Shown here piece by piece: positions 9,293 through 19,450 of a DNA stretch of 64,000 nucleotides. The notes below the pieces were generated by a model that saw only the letters and a list, made by a program, of their open reading frames with translations, ran no database searches and had not been told where the DNA came from. The first letter of the stretch is position 1; each line of letters begins with the position of its first letter. Source of the stretch: an uncultured delta proteobacterium. GTDB lineage: Bacteria > Myxococcota > Myxococcia > Myxococcales > Myxococcaceae. The stretch spans positions 256,001 through 320,000 of the forward strand of contig CAVZMH010000019.1 of NCBI GenBank assembly GCA_963776345.1. The letters run 5' to 3'. The position numbers and the translations under genes are program-made.

Positions 9293-10654
9293 GTGGACCT
9301 CCAGGGACGGACGGTGTCGGTGCTGGGCGCGGGAAGGAGCGGGCTCGCCGCGGCCGAGCTCCTCCTCTCGCGCGGGGCCCGGGTGACGCTCTGGGACGAG
9401 CGCCCCGCGGCCAGCCTCGGCGCCGAGGGGCTCGCCGGGCGCGGGGTGGTGCTGCGCGGGGGGACGCCGCTGGGGGACGTCGACCTCGGCCGGCCGGACC
9501 TCCTGGTGGTGAGCCCCGGCGTCCCGCTCCGGCTTCCGTCCATCGTCCGCACCCGCGAGGCGGGCTGCGCGGTGTGGGGCGAGGTCGAGCTCGCCGGCCG
9601 CTTCCTCCCGACCGGCGTGGCGGTGCTCGGCGTCACCGGGACCAACGGCAAGAGCACCACCACCGCCCTGCTGGGCGCGCTGTGCGAGGCCGGCGGGCTG
9701 CAGCCCTTCGTCGGCGGCAACCTCGGCACGCCGCTTTCGCAGGCGGTGCTCGGGCCGCCGCGCCGGACGTGCGTGCTCGAGCTGTCCAGCTTCCAGCTCG
9801 AGGGGATGGACTCGGTGCGAGTCCACGCCGCCGCCGTCCTGAACCTCACGCCGGACCACCTCGACCGCTACGACGGGATGGAGGACTACGCGGCCGCCAA
9901 GGCGCGCATCTTCCGCAGCCAGGAGTCGGGCGACGTGGCGGTGGTGAACGCCGACGACCCCTGGACGGTGGGGATGCTCGCCGGCGCCCGGGGGCGACGG
10001 TTCGGCTTCACCCTCCGGCCCGGCCTCCCGCCACCGGAGGGGCTCCTGGGGCTGGCCGAGCCGATCGAGGGCGGCTTCCAGTTGGGCTTCGCCGGGGTGA
10101 GGCTCCGGATCGCCAACCGGGCGCTCCGCGGCGCGCACAACCTGGCCAACGCCATGGCCGCCTCGCTCCTCGCCTTCCACGCCGGGGTGCAGCCCGAGGC
10201 GCTCCAGGCCGGGCTCGACGCCTTCCCCGGCCTCCCCCACCGGCTGGAGTCGGTCCGCACGCTGGACGGCGTCGAGTGGGTGAACGACTCGAAGGCCACC
10301 AACGTGGACGCGGTGCTCACCGCGCTGACCGCCTTCCCCCCCGGCCAGCGGCTGTGGCTGATCGCCGGCGGGAAGGGGAAGGGCGCGCCCTACGCCCCCC
10401 TGGCGAAGGCGTCGGTCGGAAAAGTCGCGGGGCTGCTCACGGTTGGGCAGGATGCCCCTCTCCTGGAATCGGAGTTCGCCGCCGTGTGCCCCGTCCACGC
10501 ATGCGAGACGCTCGATCGCGCGGTGGCGCGTGCGCGGACCCTCGCCCGCACGGGAGAGGTGGTCCTGCTCTCGCCGGCCTGCGCGTCGTACGACCAGTTC
10601 CGCAACTTCGAGCACCGCGGGGACACCTTCCGCGCCCTGGTGGAGGCGCTCTAG
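9293..10654 (+). CDS. murD: UDP-MurNAc-L-Ala:D-Glu ligase MurD
   Basis: GTNGKSTTT, GGNLG, ELSSFQL, DHLDRY, NDSKATN and LSPACASYDQF motifs. Confidence 0.97.
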   Translation: MDLQGRTVSVLGAGRSGLAAAELLLSRGARVTLWDERPAASLGAEGLAGRGVVLRGGTPLGDVDLGRPDLLVVSPGVPLRLPSIVRTREAGCAVWGEVELAGRFLPTGVAVLGVTGTNGKSTTTALLGALCEAGGLQPFVGGNLGTPLSQAVLGPPRRTCVLELSSFQLEGMDSVRVHAAAVLNLTPDHLDRYDGMEDYAAAKARIFRSQESGDVAVVNADDPWTVGMLAGARGRRFGFTLRPGLPPPEGLLGLAEPIEGGFQLGFAGVRLRIANRALRGAHNLANAMAASLLAFHAGVQPEALQAGLDAFPGLPHRLESVRTLDGVEWVNDSKATNVDAVLTALTAFPPGQRLWLIAGGKGKGAPYAPLAKASVGKVAGLLTVGQDAPLLESEFAAVCPVHACETLDRAVARARTLARTGEVVLLSPACASYDQFRNFEHRGDTFRALVEAL

Positions 10655-11857
10655 ATGACCGCACGCCGGAATGGGCCGCCCTCGCCGGCGCTCCCCGACG
10701 GCCGCTCCGAGCCGGTGCGGCTGGCGGTGGACCCGGTACTTCTCGGCGCGGTGCTGGCGCTGGTCTCGCTCGGCCTGGTGATGGTGTACTCGGCGAGCGC
10801 GGTGACCGCGGCCGAGAAGCAGGGCAACGGCTTCTACTTCCTCGAGCGTCAGCTGCTCGCGGCCTGCGTGGGCCTGGTGGCGATGGCCACCGCCGTGCGG
10901 ATGGGCTACCGGCGGCTCGCCCGGCTGGCGTACCCGATGCTGCTCCTCAGCATCGTGCTCCTGGTCCTGGTCCTCGTCCCGGGCGTGGGCACGCTGGTGG
11001 GCGGGGCGCGGCGGTGGTTGCGTCTGCCCGGCCTGAGCCTCCAGCCGGCGGAGATCGCCAAGTTCACCTGGGTGGTGTACCTGGCGTACTCCCTGGCGAA
11101 GAAGCGGGAGAAGGTGGCCACGTTCTCCATCGGGTTCCTGCCCCATCTGGCAGTGGCGGGTCTCCTGGTCGTGCTCTGCATGGCGGAGCCCGACTTCGGA
11201 AGCTCGGTGGAGCTGCTGGTCCTGCTGGCCATCCTGCTCTTCGCCGCGGGCACCCGGCTCTGGTACCTGGTGGGCTCGTTGCTGCTGGCGCTCCCGCTGG
11301 CGTACGGGGCCATCGCCCACTCCCCGTACCGGCTGAAGCGCATCACCGCCTTCCTCGACCCGTGGGCGCACCGGCACGACATCGGCTACCAGGTGGCCCA
11401 GTCGCTCATCTCGGTCGGCTCGGGCGGCCTCTTCGGGCTCGGGCTCGGCGAGAGCCGGCAGAAGCTGTTCTTCCTCCCCGAGGCGCACACCGACTTCATC
11501 TTCAGCATCATCGGCGAGGAGCTGGGGCTCGTCGGCGCGGTGGCTACCATCGCCCTCTACGGCATCGTGGTGTGGAGAGGGACCCGGGCCGCGGTCCGGG
11601 CGAGCGAGACCTTCGGCACCTACCTCGGGCTCGGGCTCACCGCGATGCTCGGCGTCCAGGCGGCGGTGAACATGAGCGTCGCCATGGGGATGCTCCCCAC
11701 CAAGGGACTGACGCTCCCCTTCGTCTCCTACGGCGGCTGCTCGCTGGTCATCTCCATGGCCGCCGCCGGCGTCCTGCTCTCGCTCAGCGCCTCGTCCGCC
11801 CCGCTCCGGAACCCTGGCCCCTCACGCGTCCGCCGGATGCAGGAGGCGGCCGCGTGA
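10655..11857 (+). CDS. ftsW: SEDS peptidoglycan polymerase FtsW
   Basis: [27 protein letters not shown] and [13 protein letters not shown] motifs. Confidence 0.96.
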   Translation: MTARRNGPPSPALPDGRSEPVRLAVDPVLLGAVLALVSLGLVMVYSASAVTAAEKQGNGFYFLERQLLAACVGLVAMATAVRMGYRRLARLAYPMLLLSIVLLVLVLVPGVGTLVGGARRWLRLPGLSLQPAEIAKFTWVVYLAYSLAKKREKVATFSIGFLPHLAVAGLLVVLCMAEPDFGSSVELLVLLAILLFAAGTRLWYLVGSLLLALPLAYGAIAHSPYRLKRITAFLDPWAHRHDIGYQVAQSLISVGSGGLFGLGLGESRQKLFFLPEAHTDFIFSIIGEELGLVGAVATIALYGIVVWRGTRAAVRASETFGTYLGLGLTAMLGVQAAVNMSVAMGMLPTKGLTLPFVSYGGCSLVISMAAAGVLLSLSASSAPLRNPGPSRVRRMQEAAA

Positions 11858-12969
11858 GGATGCTGATCGCCGGCGGCGGGACGGGAGGGCATCTCTTCCC
11901 GGGAATCGCCCTGGCGGAGGAGGTCACCACCCGGCATCCGGACAACCGGGTGCTGTTCGTCGGCACGACCCGCGGACTCGAGGCGCGGGTGGTTCCGGCG
12001 GCGGGGTTCCCGCTGAAGACCATCGAGGTGCGGGGCCTGAAGGGCGTGGGGCTCCTCCGGGCGCTCCAGGCGCTCGTCCTCCTGCCGCTGTCGTTCCTCG
12101 TCAGCTGGCGCATCGTCGGCCGCTTCCGGCCCGACGTGGTGGTGGGCGTGGGCGGCTACGCGTCGGGGCCGGTGGTGCTGGCCGCGTGGACGCGGGGCGT
12201 GGCCACCGCCATCCAGGAGCAGAACGCGCTGCCCGGCATCACCAACCGCATCCTCGGGCGCTTCGTGCGCGCGGTGTTCATCGCCTTCGAGCAGGCGCGC
12301 TCCGCGTTCCCGCCGCGGAAGACCTACCTGGTGGGCAACCCGGTCCGGCGCAAGCTGATGGACAACTACCTCCGGAGCCGGTCCCAGGTGCCCGACGGGC
12401 GCTTCCGGCTCCTCGTGGTCGGTGGTTCGCTCGGGGCCCGCGGCCTCAACACGCGCGTGCTGGAGGCGCTGCCGCACCTGGGAGACCTGCGGGCGCAGAT
12501 GGACATCGTGCACCAGACGGGGGCGCTGGACCTGGAGCGGGTCCAGGCGGGGTACGCCGCGGCGGGGGTCCCCGCCGAGGTGGTGCCGTTCGTCGAGGAC
12601 GTGTCCGCGGCCTACGCCCGCTCCTCGCTCGTCCTCTGCCGGGCCGGAGCGACGACGGTGGCCGAGCTGACCATCTGCAAGAAGGCGTCGATCCTGGTGC
12701 CGTTCCCCTTCGCCACCGACGACCACCAGGCGGTCAACGCCCGGGCGCTGGTGGAGGCGGGGGCGGCGCTGATGTTCCGCGAGTCGGAGCTCACCGGCGA
12801 GCTGCTGGCCCGGGAGCTCCGGAGGCTCGCCGCCGAGCCCGAGACCCTGCAGAGGATGGAGCGAGCCGCGGGCGGCCTCGGACGCCCCGAGGCGGCGCGC
12901 GAGCTGGTGGACGTCTGCGCCGAGCTGGTGGCCGGGCCGACCGGCCGCGGACAGGTGGTGCCGCGATGA
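11854..12969 (+). CDS. murG: Lipid II GlcNAc transferase MurG
   Basis: C-terminal part of ORF 9574..12969; start GTG 11854 or ATG 11860. [37 protein letters not shown] and DHQAVNA motifs. Confidence 0.96.
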   Translation: MRMLIAGGGTGGHLFPGIALAEEVTTRHPDNRVLFVGTTRGLEARVVPAAGFPLKTIEVRGLKGVGLLRALQALVLLPLSFLVSWRIVGRFRPDVVVGVGGYASGPVVLAAWTRGVATAIQEQNALPGITNRILGRFVRAVFIAFEQARSAFPPRKTYLVGNPVRRKLMDNYLRSRSQVPDGRFRLLVVGGSLGARGLNTRVLEALPHLGDLRAQMDIVHQTGALDLERVQAGYAAAGVPAEVVPFVEDVSAAYARSSLVLCRAGATTVAELTICKKASILVPFPFATDDHQAVNARALVEAGAALMFRESELTGELLARELRRLAAEPETLQRMERAAGGLGRPEAARELVDVCAELVAGPTGRGQVVPR

Positions 12970-14393
12970 CCCGCCGCGCCCCGGTGGTGAGCCTGTTCAA
13001 GACCCGCCACGCGGCGCAGGTGCACTTCGTCGGCATCGGCGGCATCGGGATGAGCGGCATCGCCGAGGTGCTGATCAACCTCGGGTATCGGGTCAGCGGC
13101 TCGGACCTCAAGGAGTCGGAGACCACCCGCCGCCTGCACCGCCTCGGCGCGCGGCTGGAGATCGGCCACCGGGCCGAGAACCTGGTCTCGGCCGACGTGG
13201 TGGTCATCTCCTCGGCGGTCCGGCCGGACAACCCGGAGGTGCTGGCCGCCCGGGCGCGGAAGATTCCGGTCATCCCCCGGGCCGAGATGCTCGCCGAGCT
13301 GATGCGGCTCAAGTACGCCGTGGCGGTCGCCGGCAGCCACGGGAAGACGACCACCACCTCCATGGTCGCCACGGTGATGAACGCCGCCGGACTCGATCCG
13401 ACCGCGGTGGTGGGGGGGAAGGTCAACGTCCTCGGCAGCAACGCCAAGCTGGGCAAGTCGGACCTCATGGTGGTGGAGGCCGACGAGTCCGACGGGAGCT
13501 TCGTCAAGCTGCACCCGAGCATCGCGGTGGTCACCAACATCGACCCCGAGCACCTGGACCACTTCGGCAGCCTGGAGGCGCTCCGGAACGCCTTCGCCGA
13601 GTTCTGCAACCGGGTGCCCTTCTACGGGCTCAACGTGCTCTGCCTCGACCACCCCAACGTCCAGGCGCTTCTGCCCCAGATCGGGAAGCGGGTCGTCACC
13701 TACGGGAGCTCGCACACCGCCGACTACCGGCTGGAGCGCGTGACACTCGACGGGTTCTCCACCCGCTTCCACGCTTTCCGCCGCGAGGAGGCGCTGGGCG
13801 AGTTCACGGTGCGGATGGTGGGCGCCCACAACGCGCTCAACGCGCTGGCGGTCATCGCCGTGGCCGAGGAGATGGAGATCCCCTTGCCGATTGTGCGCAC
13901 CGCCCTGGCCGACTTCGCGGGCGTGCAGCGCCGCTTCACCGTGCGCGGCGAGGCGAGGGGGATCATGGTGGTGGACGACTACGGGCACCACCCGGCCGAG
14001 GTGATGGCCACCCTGGCGGGCGCGCGCCGGGCGTTCGGCCGGCGGCTGGTGGTGGTGTTCCAGCCGCACCGGTACACCCGCACCCGCGACCTCCTGCCCG
14101 AGTTCGCGACCGCCTTCAACGACGCGGACGTGCTGATGGTCCTGGGGATCTACGCGGCGAGCGAGGAGCCCATCCCCGGCATCTCGGGCGAGGCGCTGGC
14201 CCAGGCCGTCCGGAGCCACGGCCACCGGGACGTGACGTACGTCGAGCGCCGGGCCGACGCTGCCGCGGCGCTGCTCCCCCGGCTCCGCGAGGGGGACCTG
14301 GTGCTCACCCTCGGCGCCGGGGACGTGACCCAGGTGGGCCCCGAGCTGCTGCAGCTCCTCGAGCCGGCGCAGCAGGGCGGCCGGGCGGGATAG
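12966..14393 (+). CDS. murC: UDP-MurNAc:L-Ala ligase MurC
   Basis: ATG at 12966. [36 protein letters not shown] and FQPHRYTRT motifs. Confidence 0.97.
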   Translation: MTRRAPVVSLFKTRHAAQVHFVGIGGIGMSGIAEVLINLGYRVSGSDLKESETTRRLHRLGARLEIGHRAENLVSADVVVISSAVRPDNPEVLAARARKIPVIPRAEMLAELMRLKYAVAVAGSHGKTTTTSMVATVMNAAGLDPTAVVGGKVNVLGSNAKLGKSDLMVVEADESDGSFVKLHPSIAVVTNIDPEHLDHFGSLEALRNAFAEFCNRVPFYGLNVLCLDHPNVQALLPQIGKRVVTYGSSHTADYRLERVTLDGFSTRFHAFRREEALGEFTVRMVGAHNALNALAVIAVAEEMEIPLPIVRTALADFAGVQRRFTVRGEARGIMVVDDYGHHPAEVMATLAGARRAFGRRLVVVFQPHRYTRTRDLLPEFATAFNDADVLMVLGIYAASEEPIPGISGEALAQAVRSHGHRDVTYVERRADAAAALLPRLREGDLVLTLGAGDVTQVGPELLQLLEPAQQGGRAG

Positions 14394-14406
14394 CCGCGCA
14401 GGGCTG

Positions 14407-14470
14407 GCGCAACCCAGGAGTTGCATTTCAGCCCAAGGGCGTGCACATTGATGCAACCTGGAGGTTGCGC
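14407..14470. promoter_or_regulatory. Two palindromic GCAAC-N6-GTTGC operators (likely ArsR autoregulatory sites)
   Basis: GCAACCCAGGAGTTGC at 14409-14424 and GCAACCTGGAGGTTGC at 14453-14468, immediately upstream of the SRPBCC-ArsR pair. Confidence 0.7.
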
Positions 14471-14947
14471 ATGAACGAGACTGTCCCCGATCGCATCGAG
14501 AAGCAGGTCCTCCTCCGCGCACCCCGCTCCCGGGTGTGGCGGGCGCTCACCGATGCCGGCGAGTTCAACGATTGGTTCAGGGTCAAGCTCCGCGGCCAGT
14601 TCGAGGCGGGCAAGGAGATCAGCGGACCGGTCGCCTTCCCCGGCTACGAGAATCTGACGATGACCGCCTGGGTCGAGCGCATGGAGCCCGAGTCCCTCTT
14701 CAGCTTCCGCTGGCACCCGGCGGCCATCGACCCGAAGGTCGACTACTCGAAGGAGGCCACCACCCTGGTCGAGTTCCGCCTCGAGGATGCGCCGGGCGGA
14801 ACGCTCCTCACGGTGACCGAGTCGGGCTTCCAGTCGCTCCCCGCGGCACGTCGAAGTTTCGCCCACGAGGCGAACAGCGGCGGCTGGGAGAAGCAGCTCC
14901 GGAACATCGAGCGGCATGTCGCCGAGCATCCGTCACCGCGCGCCTGA
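14471..14947 (+). CDS. SRPBCC/AHSA1 (START-like) domain protein
   Basis: IEKQVLLRAPRSRVWRALTD...WF, FSFRWHP, TLVEFRL..GGTLLTVTESGF and GW motifs. ATG at 14471. Confidence 0.9.
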   Translation: MNETVPDRIEKQVLLRAPRSRVWRALTDAGEFNDWFRVKLRGQFEAGKEISGPVAFPGYENLTMTAWVERMEPESLFSFRWHPAAIDPKVDYSKEATTLVEFRLEDAPGGTLLTVTESGFQSLPAARRSFAHEANSGGWEKQLRNIERHVAEHPSPRA

Positions 14948-15251
14948 GGCGAGCTCGCTCTTCGCCGCGCTCGGGGATCCGACCCGGCTGGCCCTGGTGC
15001 GCCGACTCTCGGTCGAGGGCTTCCTGTCCGTGACCGAGCTCACCGAGGGGACGCGGATCTCCCGCCAGGCGGTGACCAAGCACCTCGGGGTGCTCGCCCG
15101 GGCGGGCCTGGTGGAGAGCGCCCGCCACGGTCGCGAGCGGCTGTGGGCGCTCGCCCCGGGACAGATCGAGCAGGCGCGACGCGCGCTCGAGCGGATCTCC
15201 CGCGAATGGGATGACGCGCTGGGTCGGCTGCGGAGGCTGGTCGAGCGCTGA
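14916..15251 (+). CDS. ArsR/SmtB family transcriptional regulator
   Basis: FAALGDPTRL...SRQAVTKHLGVL..AGLV...GRE..W wHTH motif, of the type paired with SRPBCC genes. Confidence 0.92.
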   Translation: MSPSIRHRAPEASSLFAALGDPTRLALVRRLSVEGFLSVTELTEGTRISRQAVTKHLGVLARAGLVESARHGRERLWALAPGQIEQARRALERISREWDDALGRLRRLVER

Positions 15252-15347
15252 CCAGAGCTCGCCTGCACCACGAAGACGGTGCTTGACCACCTCCGGGCCA
15301 GGGCGGCACAAGGGCCGCCCCCGCTGCAGGGGCTCGAGGAGGGTGCC

Positions 15348-16548
15348 ATGCAGGAGAGCTTGCCGACGCTGAAGGGATGTCTCGCCGGGTGCGCGCTGCT
15401 CGCGCTGGCGAGCTGTGGTGGTGGAGGGGCGGCACCTTCTCTGGCGCTGGGCTCGGGCGCGGCCCCGGTCTCGAGCGAGCAGGCCCTCCACTCCGGCGGG
15501 AAGGGGCCGAAGGTCACCCCGCAGACCAGCGGGACGACCCAGAACCTGATCGCGGTCAGCGCGGTCAACGCCCGGGTGGTCTGGGTTGCCGGAGCGGGGG
15601 GAACGTTCGGCGTGACCACCAACGGAGGCGCCACCTGGCACTCCGGCGTGGTGCCGGGAACCGAGGCGCAGCAGTTCCGCGACGTGCAGGGAGTGAGTGA
15701 GAAGGTGGCGTACCTCCTGCAGATTCCCGTGACCGAGGTGGCGCGCATCTTCAAGACGACCGACGGCGGGAAGACCTGGACCGTTCAGCTCGAGGGCGCT
15801 GACGCGAACGAGTTCTTCGACTGCTTCGCGTTCTGGGACGCGAAGAGCGCCATCATGATGGTGGATTCGGTGAACGGCCGCTTCCCGGTTCGCCGCACGC
15901 TCGACGGCCACACCTGGCAGGACATCGGCAACCGGCTGCCCCCGGCGCTGCCCGGCGAGTCCGGCTTCGCCGCGAGCGGGACGTGCGCCGCCACGCAGGG
16001 CCATCGCAGGGCCTGGCTCACCACCGGCGTGCCACCCGCCACCGCGACTGACTTGTGGACGACGCGCATCCTCTTCACCACCGATCGCGGACAGACCTGG
16101 GGCGCGACCACCGCACCGCTGACCGCGGCAAATCAGCTCGTTCGGAGGCGGGTCCAGCATCGCCTTCCGCGACGCACGGCACGGCATCCTCGGCGGTGGG
16201 GACTTCCTTGCCACAGGGGTGGTGCCCAACTTCGCCCGCTCGGGCGACGGCGGGAAGACCTGGACGCTCGGGACCGCGGCCCCCATCGTCGGAGCCATCT
16301 ACGGACTGGCCTATGCGGGTCACGGCAAGGGGGACGACGACGAGGGCGAGCACGAGAACGGCGACGATCACGGCGGGTCGATCCGCGTGGTCGCCACCGC
16401 GCCCACCGGGAGCGCATGGTCGGGCGACGAGGGCCGCACCTGGACGTCCCTCACCGGTCTGAGCGGCCTCTGGGCGGTGGACTTCGGCAGCCAGCAGACC
16501 GGCTGGCTCGTCGGGACGCACGGGCAGATCGTCCGGATCGACTTCTGA
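15348..16548 (+). CDS. Secreted BNR/Asp-box (Ycf48-like) beta-propeller lipoprotein; net +1 frameshift near 16130
   Basis: Lipobox LASC. Repeated TxDGGxTW/SxDGGxTW motifs continue from frame 15279.. into frame 16141..16548 (FGGGSSIAFRDARHGILGGGD). Confidence 0.8.
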
Positions 16549-16698
16549 GCGGGCCACCGTCCGATTGGCGGGCGAGGCTCGGCCCCGGGGGATTGCGCCT
16601 CGGGGGTCGAAAAAGAAAGGAAACGTACCTGACCATTTCCCTCGAAGTGCTCAGGTGACCTGCCGGAATTGTCTCGTCCCGGCAGAGGCACCCACGCA

Positions 16699-16718
16699 CG
16701 GATCAGCCGGCTGATCCG
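16699..16718. repeat. Perfect 20-bp palindrome
   Basis: CGGATCAGCCGGCTGATCCG equals its own reverse complement. Confidence 0.85.
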
Positions 16719-16776
16719 GATGCGCCCCCGACCTGCGGTCGATGAGGCCGCCCGGGCGAGTGGCCCGAGCGCATCA

Positions 16777-16891
16777 GTGGACATAGCAACTTCGAGTGAT
16801 CGCGGGCGGGCTCCTGCATCGCAATCCCTCGAAATCAGGTCGCCGTTCGTGGCGATATCGGTCGGCGACTCTCCGAAGTTGCTATGTCCAC
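16777..16891. repeat. 115-bp element bounded by perfect 18-bp inverted repeats (MITE/REP-like)
   Basis: GTGGACATAGCAACTTCG (16777-16794) and CGAAGTTGCTATGTCCAC (16874-16891), with an imperfect outward extension GCGCAT/ATGCGC. Confidence 0.75.
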
Positions 16892-17051
16892 GTATGCGCG
16901 GGGGCGCCCTGGGAGCAGGAGCCTCCGAGCAGCGGTCGGCCCCCGAGGCGCAGATCAGACCGGGGCGTCCACGAACGGCCCCGGGAAGCCCCCGACGGAC
17001 GGGTCGCCGGGTCCGTCGCGGGTTCGCTGCCGCGGCTCTCGTCCTCGAGGC

Positions 17052-17411
17052 TCATCCCAGCCGCGTCGCCACGAGCGCCAGCGCCGCCGGCAGGCCCTGG
17101 ATGACGAGGATCCGCCGGGACGCCGTCGCTGCGCCGAAGACCGCGGCGATCAGGACGCAGACGAGGAAGAACAGCCGCAGCTGCCCGGCCACCGGCTCGG
17201 GCGCGAGCAGGCTCCACACCAGCCCCGCGGCCAGAAATCCATTGTAGAGCCCCTGGTTCGCCGCCAGCGGCGCCGCCTGCGCGGCGAACTCGGGCGTGGT
17301 GCCGAAGATCCGCCGGCCGGCAGGGCTCTTGAACAGGAACATCTCCAGCACGAGGAACCCCAGGTGCTCGAGCGCGACGAACGCCACCAGGACGTCTCGG
17401 AGGAGGGTCAC
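17052..17411 (-). CDS. DUF1304 family membrane protein
   Basis: VALEHLGFLVLEMFL...ANQGLYNGFLAAGL...FGAATASRRILVIQGLPA is the DUF1304 signature. GTG start at 17411. Confidence 0.88.
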   Translation of the reverse strand: MTLLRDVLVAFVALEHLGFLVLEMFLFKSPAGRRIFGTTPEFAAQAAPLAANQGLYNGFLAAGLVWSLLAPEPVAGQLRLFFLVCVLIAAVFGAATASRRILVIQGLPAALALVATRLG

Positions 17412-17519
17412 GGCCCCGATGCTCGTCCCACCCTGCCGCACCCGTCCAGGAGAACCGATGGAGCGGGCCCGGCCGAGGACTTGCGTCGGACCCCTCCATC
17501 TGGTTCTCAGGAGGGACTC

Positions 17520-18452
17520 TTGACCGCGCCTTCCATCCCGCCGGCCCGCGCCGGGCTCGTGACCGGCCTCGCCGCGGACGCGAACCCCGGCGAGCCCCTC
17601 GCGCCCTGGACCAGCCTGCGGGTGGGCGGCCCGGCCGAGCTGCTCGTCCGGCCACGCACCCTCGACGCCCTGGTGGCGGTGCTCGCCCGCGCCCGCGCCG
17701 AGGGGCTGCCTGTCCATGTCCTGGGCGGCGGCGCGAACACGCTGGTGGGCGACCTCGGCATCCCCGGCGTCACCCTCAAGCTCCCTCCCGACCTCTTCGC
17801 CGAGGAGGTCCAGCCCGCGGCCTCGGGCGGCGGCCTGGTCACCCTCGGGGCCGGGGCGGCCATCGTCCGGCTGGTCAACGTGATGCGGGCCCGGGGCTGG
17901 GTCGGCGCCGAGTTCCTCGCCGGCATCCCCGGCACCATCGGCGGCGCGGTGGCGATGAACGCCGGGACCAAGCACGGCGAATGCGAGCGAGTGCTGGACG
18001 CCGTCGAGCTCGCCACGGCGGACGGCATCGGCTGGGTCCCCCGGAGCGCGCTCGCCATCCGCTACCGGCACACCGAGCTGCCGCCGGGCGCGGTGCTCAC
18101 CCGCGCCCGCTTCCGTCTCCCGGACGGCGACCTCGAGGCCTCCCGCGCGGCGATGGAGGCGGACCTCTCGTACCGCAAGCGGACCCAGCCGCTGAGCCAG
18201 CCGAACTGCGGCAGCGTGTTCCAGAATCCTCCCGGGGACCACGCGGGCCGGCTCATCGAGTCGGTGGGCCTCAAGGGGACGGTGCTCGGCGGGGCGCAGA
18301 TCTCGCCGCTCCACGCCAACTGGATCGTCAACCTCGGCGGGGCCCGCGCCGCGGACGTGGTGGGGCTCATCGAGCGCGCGCAGCGGCGCGTGCAGGAAGC
18401 GACGGGCATCGTGCTCGTGCCGGAGGTGAAGCGGGTGGGAGTGTTCGCATGA
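17520..18452 (+). CDS. murB: UDP-N-acetylenolpyruvylglucosamine reductase MurB
   Basis: TSLRVGGPA, GIPGTIGGAVAMNAG, QPNCGSVFQNP, HANWIVN and EV motifs. TTG start at 17520 after AGGAGG. Confidence 0.95.
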   Translation: MTAPSIPPARAGLVTGLAADANPGEPLAPWTSLRVGGPAELLVRPRTLDALVAVLARARAEGLPVHVLGGGANTLVGDLGIPGVTLKLPPDLFAEEVQPAASGGGLVTLGAGAAIVRLVNVMRARGWVGAEFLAGIPGTIGGAVAMNAGTKHGECERVLDAVELATADGIGWVPRSALAIRYRHTELPPGAVLTRARFRLPDGDLEASRAAMEADLSYRKRTQPLSQPNCGSVFQNPPGDHAGRLIESVGLKGTVLGGAQISPLHANWIVNLGGARAADVVGLIERAQRRVQEATGIVLVPEVKRVGVFA

Positions 18453-19369
18453 AGGACAAGCGGATCGGCGTGCTGATGGGCGGCCTCTCCGTCGAGCGGG
18501 AGGTGAGCCTCCGCACCGGCGCCGGGGTCGCCGCGGCGCTCCGAGGCCTCGGCTACACCGTGGTCGAGCTCGACGTGCAGCGGGACGTCGCCGAGCGGCT
18601 CCGCGCCGAGCGGATCGACGTGGCCTTCATCGCCCTGCACGGTCGCTACGGCGAGGACGGCTGCATCCAGGGCCTGCTGGAGTCGATGTTCATCCCCTAC
18701 ACCGGCTCGGGCGTGCTCGCCTCGTCGGTGGGGATGGAGAAGGTCTTCGCCAAGCAGGTCTTCCTCGCCCACGGCATCCCCACCCCCGCCTACCGCACGT
18801 TCGACGGCGCCGAGCATGCGCTGGCCGGTGTCGAGTCGCTGCCCTTCCCCTTCCCGGTGGTGGTGAAGCCGTCGCGAGAGGGCTCGAGCGTGGGGGTGCA
18901 CATCTGCCGCACCGAGGACGCCTACCCGGCGGCGGTGGAGGACGCGGCCCGGCTCGCTGGCTCCATCCTGGTCGAGCAGTTCGTCCCCGGCCGCGAGGTG
19001 CAGGGCGCGGTCCTCGACGACGCCTCGCTCGGGGCGATCGAGATCGTCCCCGCGCACGAGTTCTACGACTACGAGGCCAAGTACGCCGCCGGCAGCGGGA
19101 CGAAGTACCTCTTCCCCGCACCGCTCCCCCCGGACCAGTACGCCCGGGTCAACGAGGTCTGCCTCGCGGCCCATCGCGCCCTCGGCTGCCGCGGCGCCAC
19201 CCGCTCGGACGTCATCGTCACTCCGGAGGGAGGAGTGCAGCTTCTGGAGCTGAACACCATCCCTGGCATGACCCCCACCAGCCTGCTGCCGAAGATCGCC
19301 GCCGGGCGGGGCATCGACTACCCGCAGCTCTGCGAGCGCATCCTCCTCGGGGCCGCCCTCCAGGCCTGA
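18449..19369 (+). CDS. ddl: D-alanine-D-alanine ligase
   Basis: GGLSVEREVSL, LHGRYGEDG, GSSVGV, YDYEAKY and ELNTIPGMTPTSLLP motifs. Confidence 0.97.
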   Translation: MKDKRIGVLMGGLSVEREVSLRTGAGVAAALRGLGYTVVELDVQRDVAERLRAERIDVAFIALHGRYGEDGCIQGLLESMFIPYTGSGVLASSVGMEKVFAKQVFLAHGIPTPAYRTFDGAEHALAGVESLPFPFPVVVKPSREGSSVGVHICRTEDAYPAAVEDAARLAGSILVEQFVPGREVQGAVLDDASLGAIEIVPAHEFYDYEAKYAAGSGTKYLFPAPLPPDQYARVNEVCLAAHRALGCRGATRSDVIVTPEGGVQLLELNTIPGMTPTSLLPKIAAGRGIDYPQLCERILLGAALQA

Positions 19370-19387
19370 GCGGGGCGGAACCGGCCT

Positions 19388-19450
19388 CTACAGGGCTGTG
19401 GCCGAAAACTGGCGCGGTCGCTGATCCGGGCCGACCATGCCCCGGATCAG
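19388..19450 (+). promoter_or_regulatory. Putative promoter/regulatory motif upstream of ftsQ (copy 1 of motif shared with ftsZ)
   Basis: CTACAGG..TGTG..CGAAAACT.GCG...GGGCCGA..ATG.CCCGGATC. Includes the 10-bp inverted repeat CTGATCCGGG/CCCGGATCAG (19421-19450). Confidence 0.6.

Noticed and set aside
2683..14522. Very long antisense or alternate-frame ORFs (e.g. 2683..5118, 6436..9849, 9266..11488, 12612..14522)
   Set aside because: These are shadow ORFs expected in very GC-rich DNA. They are Arg/Gly/Pro-rich, show no motifs and overlap well-supported dcw genes.
16583..16620. Terminator after the BNR gene
   Set aside because: The hairpin is followed by an A-run on the + strand, and on the - strand the T-run precedes the hairpin, so neither orientation fits.
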